A stretch of DNA of 64,000 bases, from the NCBI RefSeq assembly GCF_035254865.1, contig NZ_DATFAF010000026.1, forward strand, positions 923-64,922. Reading direction: 5' to 3'. The stretch is from Noviherbaspirillum sp. (GTDB lineage Bacteria > Pseudomonadota > Gammaproteobacteria > Burkholderiales > Burkholderiaceae_D). The position numbers and the translations under genes were made by a program. The first letter of the stretch is position 1. Each line of letters begins with the position of its first letter. This document shows, one piece after another, positions 9,211 to 18,244 of this stretch. The notes beneath the pieces are model-generated. The model was given only the letters and a program-made list of their open reading frames with translations. It made no database searches and was not told where the DNA came from.

Positions 9211-10065
9211 ATGCGACAAGAAACTCGCTTCGAAGGTTCCCAAAATTATGTTGCAACCAACGATTTGAAACTTGCGGTCAATGCTGCATTGACGCTGCAA
9301 CGTCCATTGCTGATCAAGGGTGAGCCCGGCACCGGCAAGACCATGCTGGCCGAGGAAGTGGCCGCGGCGCTCGGCATGCCGCTGCTGCAATGGCATATCA
9401 AATCGACGACCAAGGCGCAGCAAGGCTTGTATGAATACGACGCGGTATCGCGCTTGCGCGACTCGCAACTGGGCGACGAGCGGGTAAAGGATATTCACAA
9501 CTACATCGTCAAGGGCGTGTTGTGGCAGGCATTCACGTCGGAACAGCAAGTGGTGCTGCTGATCGACGAAATCGACAAGGCCGACATTGAATTCCCGAAC
9601 GATCTGCTGCGCGAACTCGACCGCATGGAGTTCTATGTGTACGAAACACGCGAACTGGTGAAGGCCAAGAATCGCCCGCTGGTGATCATCACATCGAACA
9701 ACGAGAAGGAATTGCCGGACGCCTTCCTGCGCAGGTGTTTCTTCCATTACATCCGTTTCCCCGACAAGGACACGATGCAGCAGATCGTCGATGTGCATTT
9801 CCCGCAATTGAAGAAGGATCTGCTGGCGCAGGCGCTGCAGACTTTCTACGAAGTACGCGAAGTGGCCGGCTTGAAAAAGAAGCCCTCGACCTCCGAGCTG
9901 CTGGACTGGCTGAAACTGCTGCTGGCCGAGGACATTCCTCCGGACGCCCTGCGCAGCAAGGATGCGAAAACCATCGTGCCTCCGCTGCATGGCGCGCTGC
10001 TGAAGAACGAACAGGATGTGCATCTGTTCGAGCGCCTGGTCTTCATGTCGCGCACGAATCGCTGA
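9211..10065 (+). CDS. MoxR-type AAA+ ATPase (AAA_5)
   Basis: Walker A GEPGTGKT, Walker B VLLIDEIDK, and ITSNNEKELPDAFLRRC sensor/arginine region. Confidence 0.9.
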   Translation: MRQETRFEGSQNYVATNDLKLAVNAALTLQRPLLIKGEPGTGKTMLAEEVAAALGMPLLQWHIKSTTKAQQGLYEYDAVSRLRDSQLGDERVKDIHNYIVKGVLWQAFTSEQQVVLLIDEIDKADIEFPNDLLRELDRMEFYVYETRELVKAKNRPLVIITSNNEKELPDAFLRRCFFHYIRFPDKDTMQQIVDVHFPQLKKDLLAQALQTFYEVREVAGLKKKPSTSELLDWLKLLLAEDIPPDALRSKDAKTIVPPLHGALLKNEQDVHLFERLVFMSRTNR

Positions 10066-10078
10066 TCGGATAGCGGTC

Positions 10079-10681
10079 ATGGCCTTTGTCGATGCGGTCA
10101 CGCTGAATGGCCGGCATGCCACGCTGGAACCGTTGGCACTGGAACACGAAGAAGAGATCAAGCTGGCCGCTGCCGATGGCGAGCTGTGGAACCTCTGGTT
10201 CACGACGGTGCCAAGACCGGAAGGCGTGCGCAACTACATCGAGCAATTGATTGCGCAGCGAGAACGAGGCGAGGTGCTCGCCTTCGCGGTGCGCGACAAC
10301 GAGAGCGGCCGGATCGTGGGCGGCACACGCTATCTGCATATCGACGAAAACAATCGTCGCCTTGAAATCGGCGGCACCTGGTACGCGCAACGGGCGCAAC
10401 GCACGGCCATCAATACCGAGTGCAAGTTGATGCTGCTGACGCATGCATTTGAAAAGCTGCGCTGCATTGCGGTGGAGTTCCGCACCGACTGGTTCAACAA
10501 GCGTTCACAGGCGGCGATCGAGCGGCTCGGCGCCAGGCGTGACGGCGTATTGCGCAACCATATCATCATGCCCGACGGGCGCATTCGCGATTCGGTGGTC
10601 TACAGCGTGATCCAGAACGAGTGGCCCGGCGTGAAAAAGAACCTGCTGTACAAACTGGAAGCCGGAGGGCTGACATGTTGA
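10079..10681 (+). CDS. GNAT family N-acetyltransferase (RimJ/RimL-like)
   Basis: 200 aa with the motif-A region RLEIGGTWYAQRAQRTAINTECKLMLLTHAFE. ATG at 10079 is 13 nt after the moxR stop. Confidence 0.75.
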   Translation: MAFVDAVTLNGRHATLEPLALEHEEEIKLAAADGELWNLWFTTVPRPEGVRNYIEQLIAQRERGEVLAFAVRDNESGRIVGGTRYLHIDENNRRLEIGGTWYAQRAQRTAINTECKLMLLTHAFEKLRCIAVEFRTDWFNKRSQAAIERLGARRDGVLRNHIIMPDGRIRDSVVYSVIQNEWPGVKKNLLYKLEAGGLTC

Positions 10682-11844
10682 TCGATTTTTTCTTTACCCT
10701 CAAAGACGCGAAGATCCCGGTGTCGATCAAGGAATTCCTGATCCTGCTGGAAGCCATGCAGAAAAACGTCATCAGCCCGTCGCTGGACGATTTCTATTTC
10801 CTGTCGCGCACCACCCTGGTCAAGGACGAAGCCCACTACGACAAGTTCGACAAGGCATTCGGACTGTACTTCAAGGGTATCGATGCGATCTTCGAGAAGC
10901 ATCCGGACATCCCGCTCGAATGGCTGAAGAAGCGCATGGAGCGCGATCTCACGCCCGAGCAGATCGCGGCGATCGAGAAGTTCGGCTACGACAAGCTGAT
11001 GGACCGGCTGAAGGAATTGCTGAAGGAGCAGAAGGAACGCCACGAAGGCGGCAACAAATGGATAGGCACCGGCGGCACTTCGCCGTTCGGCAATGGCGGA
11101 CAAAACCCGGAAGGCATCCGGATCGGCGGCGAAGGCGGCAATCGCACTGCGGTGAAAGTCTGGGAGGCGCGTGCTTATCGGGATTACGACGATGAGCGCG
11201 AACTCGGCACACGCAACATCAAGGTCGCCCTGCGCCGCCTGCGCAAATTTGCGCGTGAAGGCGCGGAAGATGAACTGGCGCTCGACGACACGATACGCGC
11301 GACCGCCAACAATGCCGGCTATCTCGACATCAAGATGCAGCCGGAGCGCAAGAACAACATCAAGGTGCTGATGCTGCTGGATGTGGGCGGCACGATGGAT
11401 GACCATATCGCGCGTACTGAAGAACTGTTTTCGGCGTCGAAAACCGAATTCAAGAACATGGAATTCTTCTACTTCCATAACTGCGTTTACGACTACTTGT
11501 GGAAGAACAATCGGCGCCGTCACGCGGAACGTTTTCCGACCTGGGACATCCTGCGCAAATACACGCCGGATACCAAGCTGATTTTCGTCGGCGATGCGAC
11601 GATGAGCCCGTATGAAATCCTGCAGCCGGGCGGCTCGGTGGAATACAACAACGAGGAAGCCGGCGCCGAATGGCTGCAGCGTTTTACCAGCACCTTCCCG
11701 AAATTCATCTGGCTGAATCCGGAACCGGAAGGTTTATGGCAATACCGTCAGTCGATCTCCATCGTCCGGCAACTGATGAACAATCGAATGTTCCCGGTCA
11801 CGATCGAAGGGCTGGAACGCGGCATGCGCTTGCTGAGCAAGTAG
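10675..11844 (+). CDS. VWA domain protein (CoxE-like partner of the MoxR ATPase)
   Basis: VLMLLDVGGTMDDH sits at the MIDAS position. CoxE/VWA_CoxE-like overall. The ATG overlaps the GNAT stop (ATGTTGA). Confidence 0.8.
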   Translation: MLIDFFFTLKDAKIPVSIKEFLILLEAMQKNVISPSLDDFYFLSRTTLVKDEAHYDKFDKAFGLYFKGIDAIFEKHPDIPLEWLKKRMERDLTPEQIAAIEKFGYDKLMDRLKELLKEQKERHEGGNKWIGTGGTSPFGNGGQNPEGIRIGGEGGNRTAVKVWEARAYRDYDDERELGTRNIKVALRRLRKFAREGAEDELALDDTIRATANNAGYLDIKMQPERKNNIKVLMLLDVGGTMDDHIARTEELFSASKTEFKNMEFFYFHNCVYDYLWKNNRRRHAERFPTWDILRKYTPDTKLIFVGDATMSPYEILQPGGSVEYNNEEAGAEWLQRFTSTFPKFIWLNPEPEGLWQYRQSISIVRQLMNNRMFPVTIEGLERGMRLLSK

Positions 11845-11851
11845 CTGGATT

Positions 11852-11982
11852 GTCCACGGAAAGCACAGAAGACACGGAAAAAATTCAAGGCTGCGGATTG
11901 TGGCGATGCTCCGTACGCTGCGTCACATGCGGCGGCCTGGTCTTCCTTGAATATTTCCGTGTCCTTCGTGTGCTCCGTGGAC
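11852..11982. repeat. imperfect inverted repeat of the CACGGAA-unit palindromic element, with a 54-nt central segment
   Basis: Left arm is GTCCACGGAAAGCACAGAAGACACGGAAAAAATTCAAGG (11852-11890). The reverse complement of the right arm (11945-11982) is GTCCACGGAGCACACGAAGGACACGGAAATATTCAAGG. Related to the element at 27454-27523. Confidence 0.85.
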
Positions 11983-11991
11983 CAATAACTA

Positions 11992-12822
11992 TCAACGCGG
12001 AAACGGAAGAAATTTCCTCAGCGCAGTGATCAAGTGATGGCTGGCGAGCGGCTTGTTGAGAAAACCGTCCGCGCCGACGTAATTTGCCTGCTGCAGGTCG
12101 TACACGAAGGGTTTGCTGACCAGGAAAATCACCGCGATCTTGATCGGCGAATCCTTTTCCTTGATGGCCCAGGACAGGCGGTAAGGATCAATGCCGGGCG
12201 TGGAAGTATTGATGAGCACGGCCGAGATCGGCTCTTGCTTGCACAATTCAACCGCCTCGACTTCACTGTTGACCCACACCACCCGCGTCTGCTGGCGCGC
12301 CAACAGGTCGGAGAGGTAGTCGCGCAGCGCGGGGCTTTTATCGACAACCAGTACAATCCCGTCGCTGCGTACCTTGGAGCGCATTTTTTCGTATTCGACG
12401 GGGTCAGTGAGATCCAGATCCAGGCGGTCGCGCCGCCGGCGTTCCGGCACGGTCACGATATCGGATGCTTCCAGTCGCGACAGCGCGTCGGCCCGCCTTT
12501 CGACCAGATTGTCGATCGCTTCGAACAGCGCCGGCCATTCGAACGGACGATCGATCCGCGCATACGGCAGCTCCACGCCGGGCCGGCCGATCAGCAGGGC
12601 GGGCCGGACATCGCTCGGTCGCAAGTCGGCAAGGCTGACCAATGCCTTCAATTCGTCTGCATTGGCGATATACAGGTCCGGATCCTGCAGGTTGCCGTCC
12701 TCGAGACGAAAATAGCCGTAGTTCTTGCCTTCCTCGTTTGCAAAGGCGTTTTCGAATGCCAGTATTTCCTGCAAGGAAAATCCGATCAGTCGTACGGCGA
12801 AGGGGAAATTATGGGACGACAT
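11992..12822 (-). CDS. receiver-domain protein with degenerate phospho-acceptor site
   Basis: The C-terminal about 118 aa align with CheY-like receivers (VLVVDKSP..., VLINTSTPGIDPY, FLNKPL). The acidic pair is DK and the D57-equivalent is Asn. Confidence 0.7.
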   Translation of the reverse strand: MSSHNFPFAVRLIGFSLQEILAFENAFANEEGKNYGYFRLEDGNLQDPDLYIANADELKALVSLADLRPSDVRPALLIGRPGVELPYARIDRPFEWPALFEAIDNLVERRADALSRLEASDIVTVPERRRRDRLDLDLTDPVEYEKMRSKVRSDGIVLVVDKSPALRDYLSDLLARQQTRVVWVNSEVEAVELCKQEPISAVLINTSTPGIDPYRLSWAIKEKDSPIKIAVIFLVSKPFVYDLQQANYVGADGFLNKPLASHHLITALRKFLPFPR

Positions 12823-13110
12823 GGGGTTTCATTTTATAAAGATTTTGCCCTGTTGCACTACATTAATTGCAGGATAAACATCACGCCGGCAATATTCTTC
12901 GGCTTGAGTTTCCAAACTACAACAGCGAACCGTTCCCCAGCTTCCGGTCGGCACCCGCCGTCCGGCTTTTTCCGGCCCGTATTGGAAGTGGCATCATTGC
13001 CCCCACATTAGTTCACGCGCAGCCAGCTCTGATTTTTCATTAGAATGCTGTGACTTATGTTTAAATACATTCCCTCAAGCAATAACAGCATTTTTGGCGT
13101 CCTCATCTGA

Positions 13111-15099
13111 ATGGCAACTAGAAAATCCTCCGCATCCGATTACAGCGAATCGTCTATCCGGGTTCTGAAAGGACTCGAACCGGTCAAGCAGCGCCCGGGC
13201 ATGTACACCCGCACCGAAAACCCGCTGCATATCATCCAGGAAGTGATCGACAACGCGTCGGACGAAGCGCTGGGCGGCTTTTGCAAGAATGTCTCGGTGA
13301 CGCTCAATACCGATGGCAGCGTCAGTATCGAAGACGATGGCCGCGGCATCCCGGTCGGCTTGCATCCGGAAGAAAAAGTACCGACGGTAGAAATCGTGTT
13401 CACGCGCTTGCACGCGGGTGGCAAATTCGACAAAGGGTCGGGCGGCGCGTATTCCTTTTCTGGCGGCCTGCATGGCGTCGGCGTCTCCGTCACCAATGCA
13501 CTGTCCTCGCGCCTGGAAATCACTGTCTGGCGTGAAGGCGGCGAGCACAAGCTCACCTTTGGCGACGGTGACGTGATTGAAAAACTGAAGTCGCGCCCCC
13601 TGGCGAAAGACGAGCGGCGATCCGGCACGCGCGTCACGGTCTGGCCGAATCCGAAATACTTCGACTCATCCGCCATTCCTGGCGCGGAATTGCAGCGGCT
13701 GTTGCGTTCCAAGGCAGTGCTTCTACCCGGCGTCAAGGTGACCCTCACCAATGCCAAGACCGGCGACACGCAAACCTGGCAGTACGATCAGGGCCTGCGC
13801 GGTTATCTGGTCGAATCGCTGGCACAGTCCTCCAACGCCGACCCGCTGATTCCCTTGTTTGAAGGCGAGCAATATGCCAGCGGCGAGACCGATGGCTTCG
13901 CGGAAGGCGAAGGCGCGGCATGGGTGGTCGCCTGGACGGAAGAAGGCAATGTGGTGCGCGAGTCCTACGTCAACCTGATTCCGACTCCGGCCGGCGGCAC
14001 GCATGAAGCCGGCTTGCGCGAAGGCTTGTTCGGCGCGGTGAAGAGTTTCGTCGAAATGCATTCGATGCTGCCCAAGGGCGTGAAGCTGCTGCCGGAAGAC
14101 GTGTTCGCACGCGTTTCTTTCGTGCTGTCGGCCAAGGTGCTTGATCCGCAGTTCCAGGGGCAGATCAAGGAACGGCTGAATTCGCGCGACGCGGTACGCC
14201 TGATTGCGACCTTCACCCGGCCCGCGCTGGAATTGTGGTTGAACCATCACGTCGACTATGGCAAGAAGCTGGCCGACCTGGTGATCAAGCAGGCGCAATC
14301 TCGCCTGCGCTCCGCGCAGAAGGTCGAGAAGAAGAAATCCTCCGGCGTTGCGGTGCTGCCGGGCAAGCTGACCGATTGTGAATCGGATGACGTGAGCCGC
14401 AATGAACTCTTTCTGGTCGAGGGCGACTCGGCAGGTGGTTCGGCCAAGATGGGCCGCGACAAGGAATTCCAGGCCATCCTGCCCCTGCGCGGCAAGGTGC
14501 TCAATTCCTGGGAAACCGAACGCGACCGCCTGTTCGCAAATAACGAAATTCATGACATCGCGGTGGCTATCGGCGTCGATCCGCACGGACCGAACGACAC
14601 ACCGGACCTGACCGGTCTGCGCTACGGCAAGATCTGCATCCTGTCCGACGCGGACGTGGACGGCTCGCACATTCAGGTCTTGCTGCTGACCCTGTTCTTC
14701 AAGCACTTTCCGCAACTGATCGCGCGTGGGCACATCTGCGTTGCGCGCCCTCCGCTGTTCCGGGTCGACGCGCCGGCGCGCGGCAAGAAGCAGGCGCAAA
14801 AGCTCTACGCGCTGGACGATGGCGAACTGACGGCGATCGAAGACAAGCTGCGCAAGGACGGTGTGAAGGATGGCGCATGGACCATCTCACGCTTCAAGGG
14901 TCTGGGCGAAATGAATGCCGAACAGTTGTGGGAAACCACGATGAATCCGGATACGCGCCGCTTGCTGCCGGTATCGCTGGGCGACTTCGATCTCGCTGCA
15001 TCGGAATTGCGCTTCAATATGCTGATGGGCAAAGGCGAGGCAGCCGCACGGCGCGCCTGGCTGGAGGAACACGGCAACGAAGCCGAAGCGGATATCTGA
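13111..15099 (+). CDS. parE: DNA topoisomerase IV subunit B
   Basis: GHKL ATPase N-terminus ([13 protein letters not shown]..., GLHGVG) and Toprim EGDSAGG. 662 aa, and parC lies downstream. Confidence 0.93.
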   Translation: MATRKSSASDYSESSIRVLKGLEPVKQRPGMYTRTENPLHIIQEVIDNASDEALGGFCKNVSVTLNTDGSVSIEDDGRGIPVGLHPEEKVPTVEIVFTRLHAGGKFDKGSGGAYSFSGGLHGVGVSVTNALSSRLEITVWREGGEHKLTFGDGDVIEKLKSRPLAKDERRSGTRVTVWPNPKYFDSSAIPGAELQRLLRSKAVLLPGVKVTLTNAKTGDTQTWQYDQGLRGYLVESLAQSSNADPLIPLFEGEQYASGETDGFAEGEGAAWVVAWTEEGNVVRESYVNLIPTPAGGTHEAGLREGLFGAVKSFVEMHSMLPKGVKLLPEDVFARVSFVLSAKVLDPQFQGQIKERLNSRDAVRLIATFTRPALELWLNHHVDYGKKLADLVIKQAQSRLRSAQKVEKKKSSGVAVLPGKLTDCESDDVSRNELFLVEGDSAGGSAKMGRDKEFQAILPLRGKVLNSWETERDRLFANNEIHDIAVAIGVDPHGPNDTPDLTGLRYGKICILSDADVDGSHIQVLLLTLFFKHFPQLIARGHICVARPPLFRVDAPARGKKQAQKLYALDDGELTAIEDKLRKDGVKDGAWTISRFKGLGEMNAEQLWETTMNPDTRRLLPVSLGDFDLAASELRFNMLMGKGEAAARRAWLEEHGNEAEADI

Positions 15100-15103
15100 T
15101 CCG

Positions 15104-15868
15104 ATGCGACTGAAAAAGGCCATCGCCACGCTATGCCTGGGTATCGCGTCCGCGTTCGCGCACGCCGATATCTATGGCTATATCGACGCGAATGGCACGG
15201 GGCATTTTTCAACCGAGAAGATCGATGAGCGCTATCGGCTCTTCCTGCGTGGCAGCGCTTCGTTCGATTCTTCGCAACTTGCGCCATCCGCTGTGCCTTC
15301 GCAACAGACACCGCTGCTTGGATATCTGTCGCGGCATCCGAATCTGCAAAAGTACGAGACGCTGCTCGATGCGGCGGCGCAGGAATTCGAAATCGATCCC
15401 GCGCTGCTGAAGGCGGTAATGGCTGCCGAGTCCGGCTTCGACACGCACGCCGTGTCGGCGAAGGGCGCCGTTGGCCTGATGCAGATCCTGCCCGCGACGG
15501 CGGAACGCTATGGCCTGCAAGGCGACAAAAAGAAAACGCTTGAGCAGAAATTGACCGATCCGAAGACCAACATCCGTCTCGGCGCGCGCTATCTGCGCGA
15601 CTTGCACAAGCTGTTTCCATCCCGGCCGGAACTGGTGATCGCATCGTATAACGCGGGCGAAGGCGCGGTGCAGAAGTACAACAATGCGATTCCGCCATAC
15701 CCTGAAACCCGCAGCTACGTGCAGATCGTGAAACAGTTTTACCAGCTATACCGGCCCGCGGCGCAGGCGCTTGCCATCGCCGCGCTCACTGACAATGCGA
15801 CGACCACCCGCCGTATCCACATGACGATTCCCGGACGCCGGAACATGCCGGCGCCCACACTCGAATAA
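15104..15868 (+). CDS. lytic transglycosylase (SLT domain), secreted
   Basis: Signal peptide plus MAAESGFD...[10 protein letters not shown]...[12 protein letters not shown] motifs. Confidence 0.85.
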   Translation: MRLKKAIATLCLGIASAFAHADIYGYIDANGTGHFSTEKIDERYRLFLRGSASFDSSQLAPSAVPSQQTPLLGYLSRHPNLQKYETLLDAAAQEFEIDPALLKAVMAAESGFDTHAVSAKGAVGLMQILPATAERYGLQGDKKKTLEQKLTDPKTNIRLGARYLRDLHKLFPSRPELVIASYNAGEGAVQKYNNAIPPYPETRSYVQIVKQFYQLYRPAAQALAIAALTDNATTTRRIHMTIPGRRNMPAPTLE

Positions 15869-15882
15869 TTCGCACAACCGCA

Positions 15883-18195
15883 ATGACTGAACAAGCCAAC
15901 CTGTTTGAAGACGTGCCGTCCGGAGACGGCGAAGCGCTGACTCTTGCCACCTTTGCCGAGCGCGCCTATCTCGACTACGCGATCTCGGTGGTCAAGGGCC
16001 GCGCCCTGCCTGATGTATGCGACGGCCAGAAACCGGTGCAGCGCCGCATCCTGTACGCGATGAACGAACTCGGCCTGAATTCGACCGCTAAGCCGCGCAA
16101 GTCCGCAGCCGTGGTCGGCGATGTGTTGGGCAAATTGCATCCGCATGGCGACCAGTCGGTGTACGACGCGCTGGTGCGCATGGCGCAGGATTTCTCGCTG
16201 CGTTATCCATTGATCGACGGCCAGGGCAACTTCGGCTCGCGCGATGGCGACGGTGCGGCGGCAATGCGTTATACGGAAGCGCGCCTGACGCCGATTTCCC
16301 GCTTGCTGCTCGATGAAATCGACATGGGCACCGTGGATTTCCAGCCGAACTACGACGGATCGACCGAGGAGCCGAAGCTGCTGCCGGCGCGCCTGCCCTT
16401 CGTGCTGCTGAACGGCGCATCGGGGATTGCGGTGGGTCTTGCCACGGAAATCCCGTCGCATAACCTGACTGAAGTCGCCAAGGCTGCAGTCACGATGATC
16501 CGCAATCCGAAAATCACGCATGCGGAGCTGATGGAAATCATCCCCGGGCCGGACTTCCCCGGCGGCGGGCAGATCATTACGCCAACCTCGGCGATTGCGG
16601 AGATGTACGAGAATGGCCGCGGCACCTTGAAGGTACGCGCGCGCTGGAAGATTGAAGATCTTGCGCGCGGCCAGTGGCAGGCGGTGGTCACCGAACTTCC
16701 ACCAGGCACCTCTGCGCAAAAAGTGCTGGAAGAAATCGAGGAGTTGACCAATCCGAAGGTCAAGCTGGGCAAGAAGTCGCTGCTGCCGGATCAACTGACG
16801 ATGAAACAGATGATCCTGTCGGTGCTCGACACCGTGCGCGATGAATCGGGCAAGGATGCGCCGGTACGCCTGGTATTCGAACCCAAGTCGAAGAACCAGG
16901 ACCAGACCGAATTCATGAACATTCTGCTGGCCCATACTTCGCTGGAGACCGGCACATCGATCAACCTGGTGATGATCGGCGGCGACGGCCGGCCGCGTCA
17001 AAAGGGACTGGGCCAAATCCTGCGCGAGTGGATCGAGTTCCGCTTTGCGACGATGACCCGCAGGACGCAATTCCGCCTGCAGAAGGTCGACGACCGCATT
17101 CATATTCTCGAAGGTCGCGAAGCGGTCCTGCTGAACATCGACAAGGTCATCAAGATCATCCGCGAATCGGATGAGCCGAAGCCGGCGCTGATGAAGGCAT
17201 TCAACCTATCCGACCGGCAGGCGGAAGACATCCTCGAAATCCGGCTGCGCCAGTTGGCTCGACTGGAAGCGATCAAGATCCAGCAGGAACTGGCCGAATT
17301 GCGCAACGAGAAGACCGGTTTGCATGATCTGCTCGACAATCCGTCCTCCATGAAACGCCTCGTCATCAAGGAAATCGAAGCGGATGCAAAGCAGTTCGGC
17401 GACGCACGCCGCACGCTGATCGAGGAAGCCGAGCGCGCCGTGTTCGAGCAAAAGGTGCAGGATGAACCGGTCACCGTCGTCGTCTCGAAGAACGGCTGGG
17501 TGCGCGCACGCACCGGCCATGGCCACGACCCCGCACAGTTCACCTTCAAGGCTGGCGACAGCCTTTACAGCACCTTCGAATGCCGCACAGTGGATAACCT
17601 GCTCGCCTTCGGTTCCAACGGCCGCGTCTACTCTGTCGCCGTCTCTGTCCTGCCGGGCGCGCGCGGCGATGGCGTGCCGCTCACAAGCCTGATCGAACTG
17701 GCCAGCGGCACGCGTTTGCTGCATTACTTCGCCGGTCCGTCGGATACGCTGCTGATGCTCGCATCGACTGCAGGTTACGGCTTTACCGCAAAGGCGGGCG
17801 ACATGGTCAGCCGCGTCAAGGCCGGCAAGGCATTCATGACGCTGGATGAAGGCGACGAGCCGGTGACGCCGCGCGTCGTCGGCGCCGATGCCAGCGCCAT
17901 TGCCTGCCTGTCCGAAAAGGGGCGCCTGCTGGTCTTCGGCCTGGATGAAATCAAGACCCTGTCCGGCGGCGGACGCGGCGTAATCCTGATGGAACTGGAG
18001 AAGAACGAGAAGCTGCTTGCCGCACAAGCGATCAGCCAGAAAGGCGTGATCGTGTCCGGCATCGGGCGTGGCGGCAAGGCGCAGGAAATCACGCTGTCCG
18101 CGTCATCGCTCGCAAATCATATTGGCAAGCGCGCCCGCAAGGGCAAGACGCTGGAATCGAAGATCAAGCCGGCTGCGCTGACGGCAGTGAGATAA
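15883..18195 (+). CDS. parC: DNA topoisomerase IV subunit A
   Basis: GyrA/ParC N-terminal domain with [10 protein letters not shown] (active-site Tyr). 770 aa without the GyrA box; paired with parE. Confidence 0.93.
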   Translation: MTEQANLFEDVPSGDGEALTLATFAERAYLDYAISVVKGRALPDVCDGQKPVQRRILYAMNELGLNSTAKPRKSAAVVGDVLGKLHPHGDQSVYDALVRMAQDFSLRYPLIDGQGNFGSRDGDGAAAMRYTEARLTPISRLLLDEIDMGTVDFQPNYDGSTEEPKLLPARLPFVLLNGASGIAVGLATEIPSHNLTEVAKAAVTMIRNPKITHAELMEIIPGPDFPGGGQIITPTSAIAEMYENGRGTLKVRARWKIEDLARGQWQAVVTELPPGTSAQKVLEEIEELTNPKVKLGKKSLLPDQLTMKQMILSVLDTVRDESGKDAPVRLVFEPKSKNQDQTEFMNILLAHTSLETGTSINLVMIGGDGRPRQKGLGQILREWIEFRFATMTRRTQFRLQKVDDRIHILEGREAVLLNIDKVIKIIRESDEPKPALMKAFNLSDRQAEDILEIRLRQLARLEAIKIQQELAELRNEKTGLHDLLDNPSSMKRLVIKEIEADAKQFGDARRTLIEEAERAVFEQKVQDEPVTVVVSKNGWVRARTGHGHDPAQFTFKAGDSLYSTFECRTVDNLLAFGSNGRVYSVAVSVLPGARGDGVPLTSLIELASGTRLLHYFAGPSDTLLMLASTAGYGFTAKAGDMVSRVKAGKAFMTLDEGDEPVTPRVVGADASAIACLSEKGRLLVFGLDEIKTLSGGGRGVILMELEKNEKLLAAQAISQKGVIVSGIGRGGKAQEITLSASSLANHIGKRARKGKTLESKIKPAALTAVR

Positions 18196-18206
18196 GGGAG
18201 CACTCT

Positions 18207-18233
18207 GGTTACGCGCCGGATTGGCGCGTAACC
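18207..18233. terminator. GC-rich hairpin at the convergent parC / RTX gene ends (no U-tract)
   Basis: GGTTACGCGCC (18207-18217), 5-nt loop, GGCGCGTAACC (18223-18233): a perfect 11-bp stem. Confidence 0.5.
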
Positions 18234-18244
18234 GTCCTCACCAT

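Noticed and set aside
15739-17103. Other long antisense ORFs: 15739-17103, 19163-20704, 43628-45040, 49082-50698, 9190-10233, 10600-11523 and 25905-26870.
   Set aside because: All lie opposite genes with strong motif support and have Arg/Gly/His-rich compositions typical of shadow frames.
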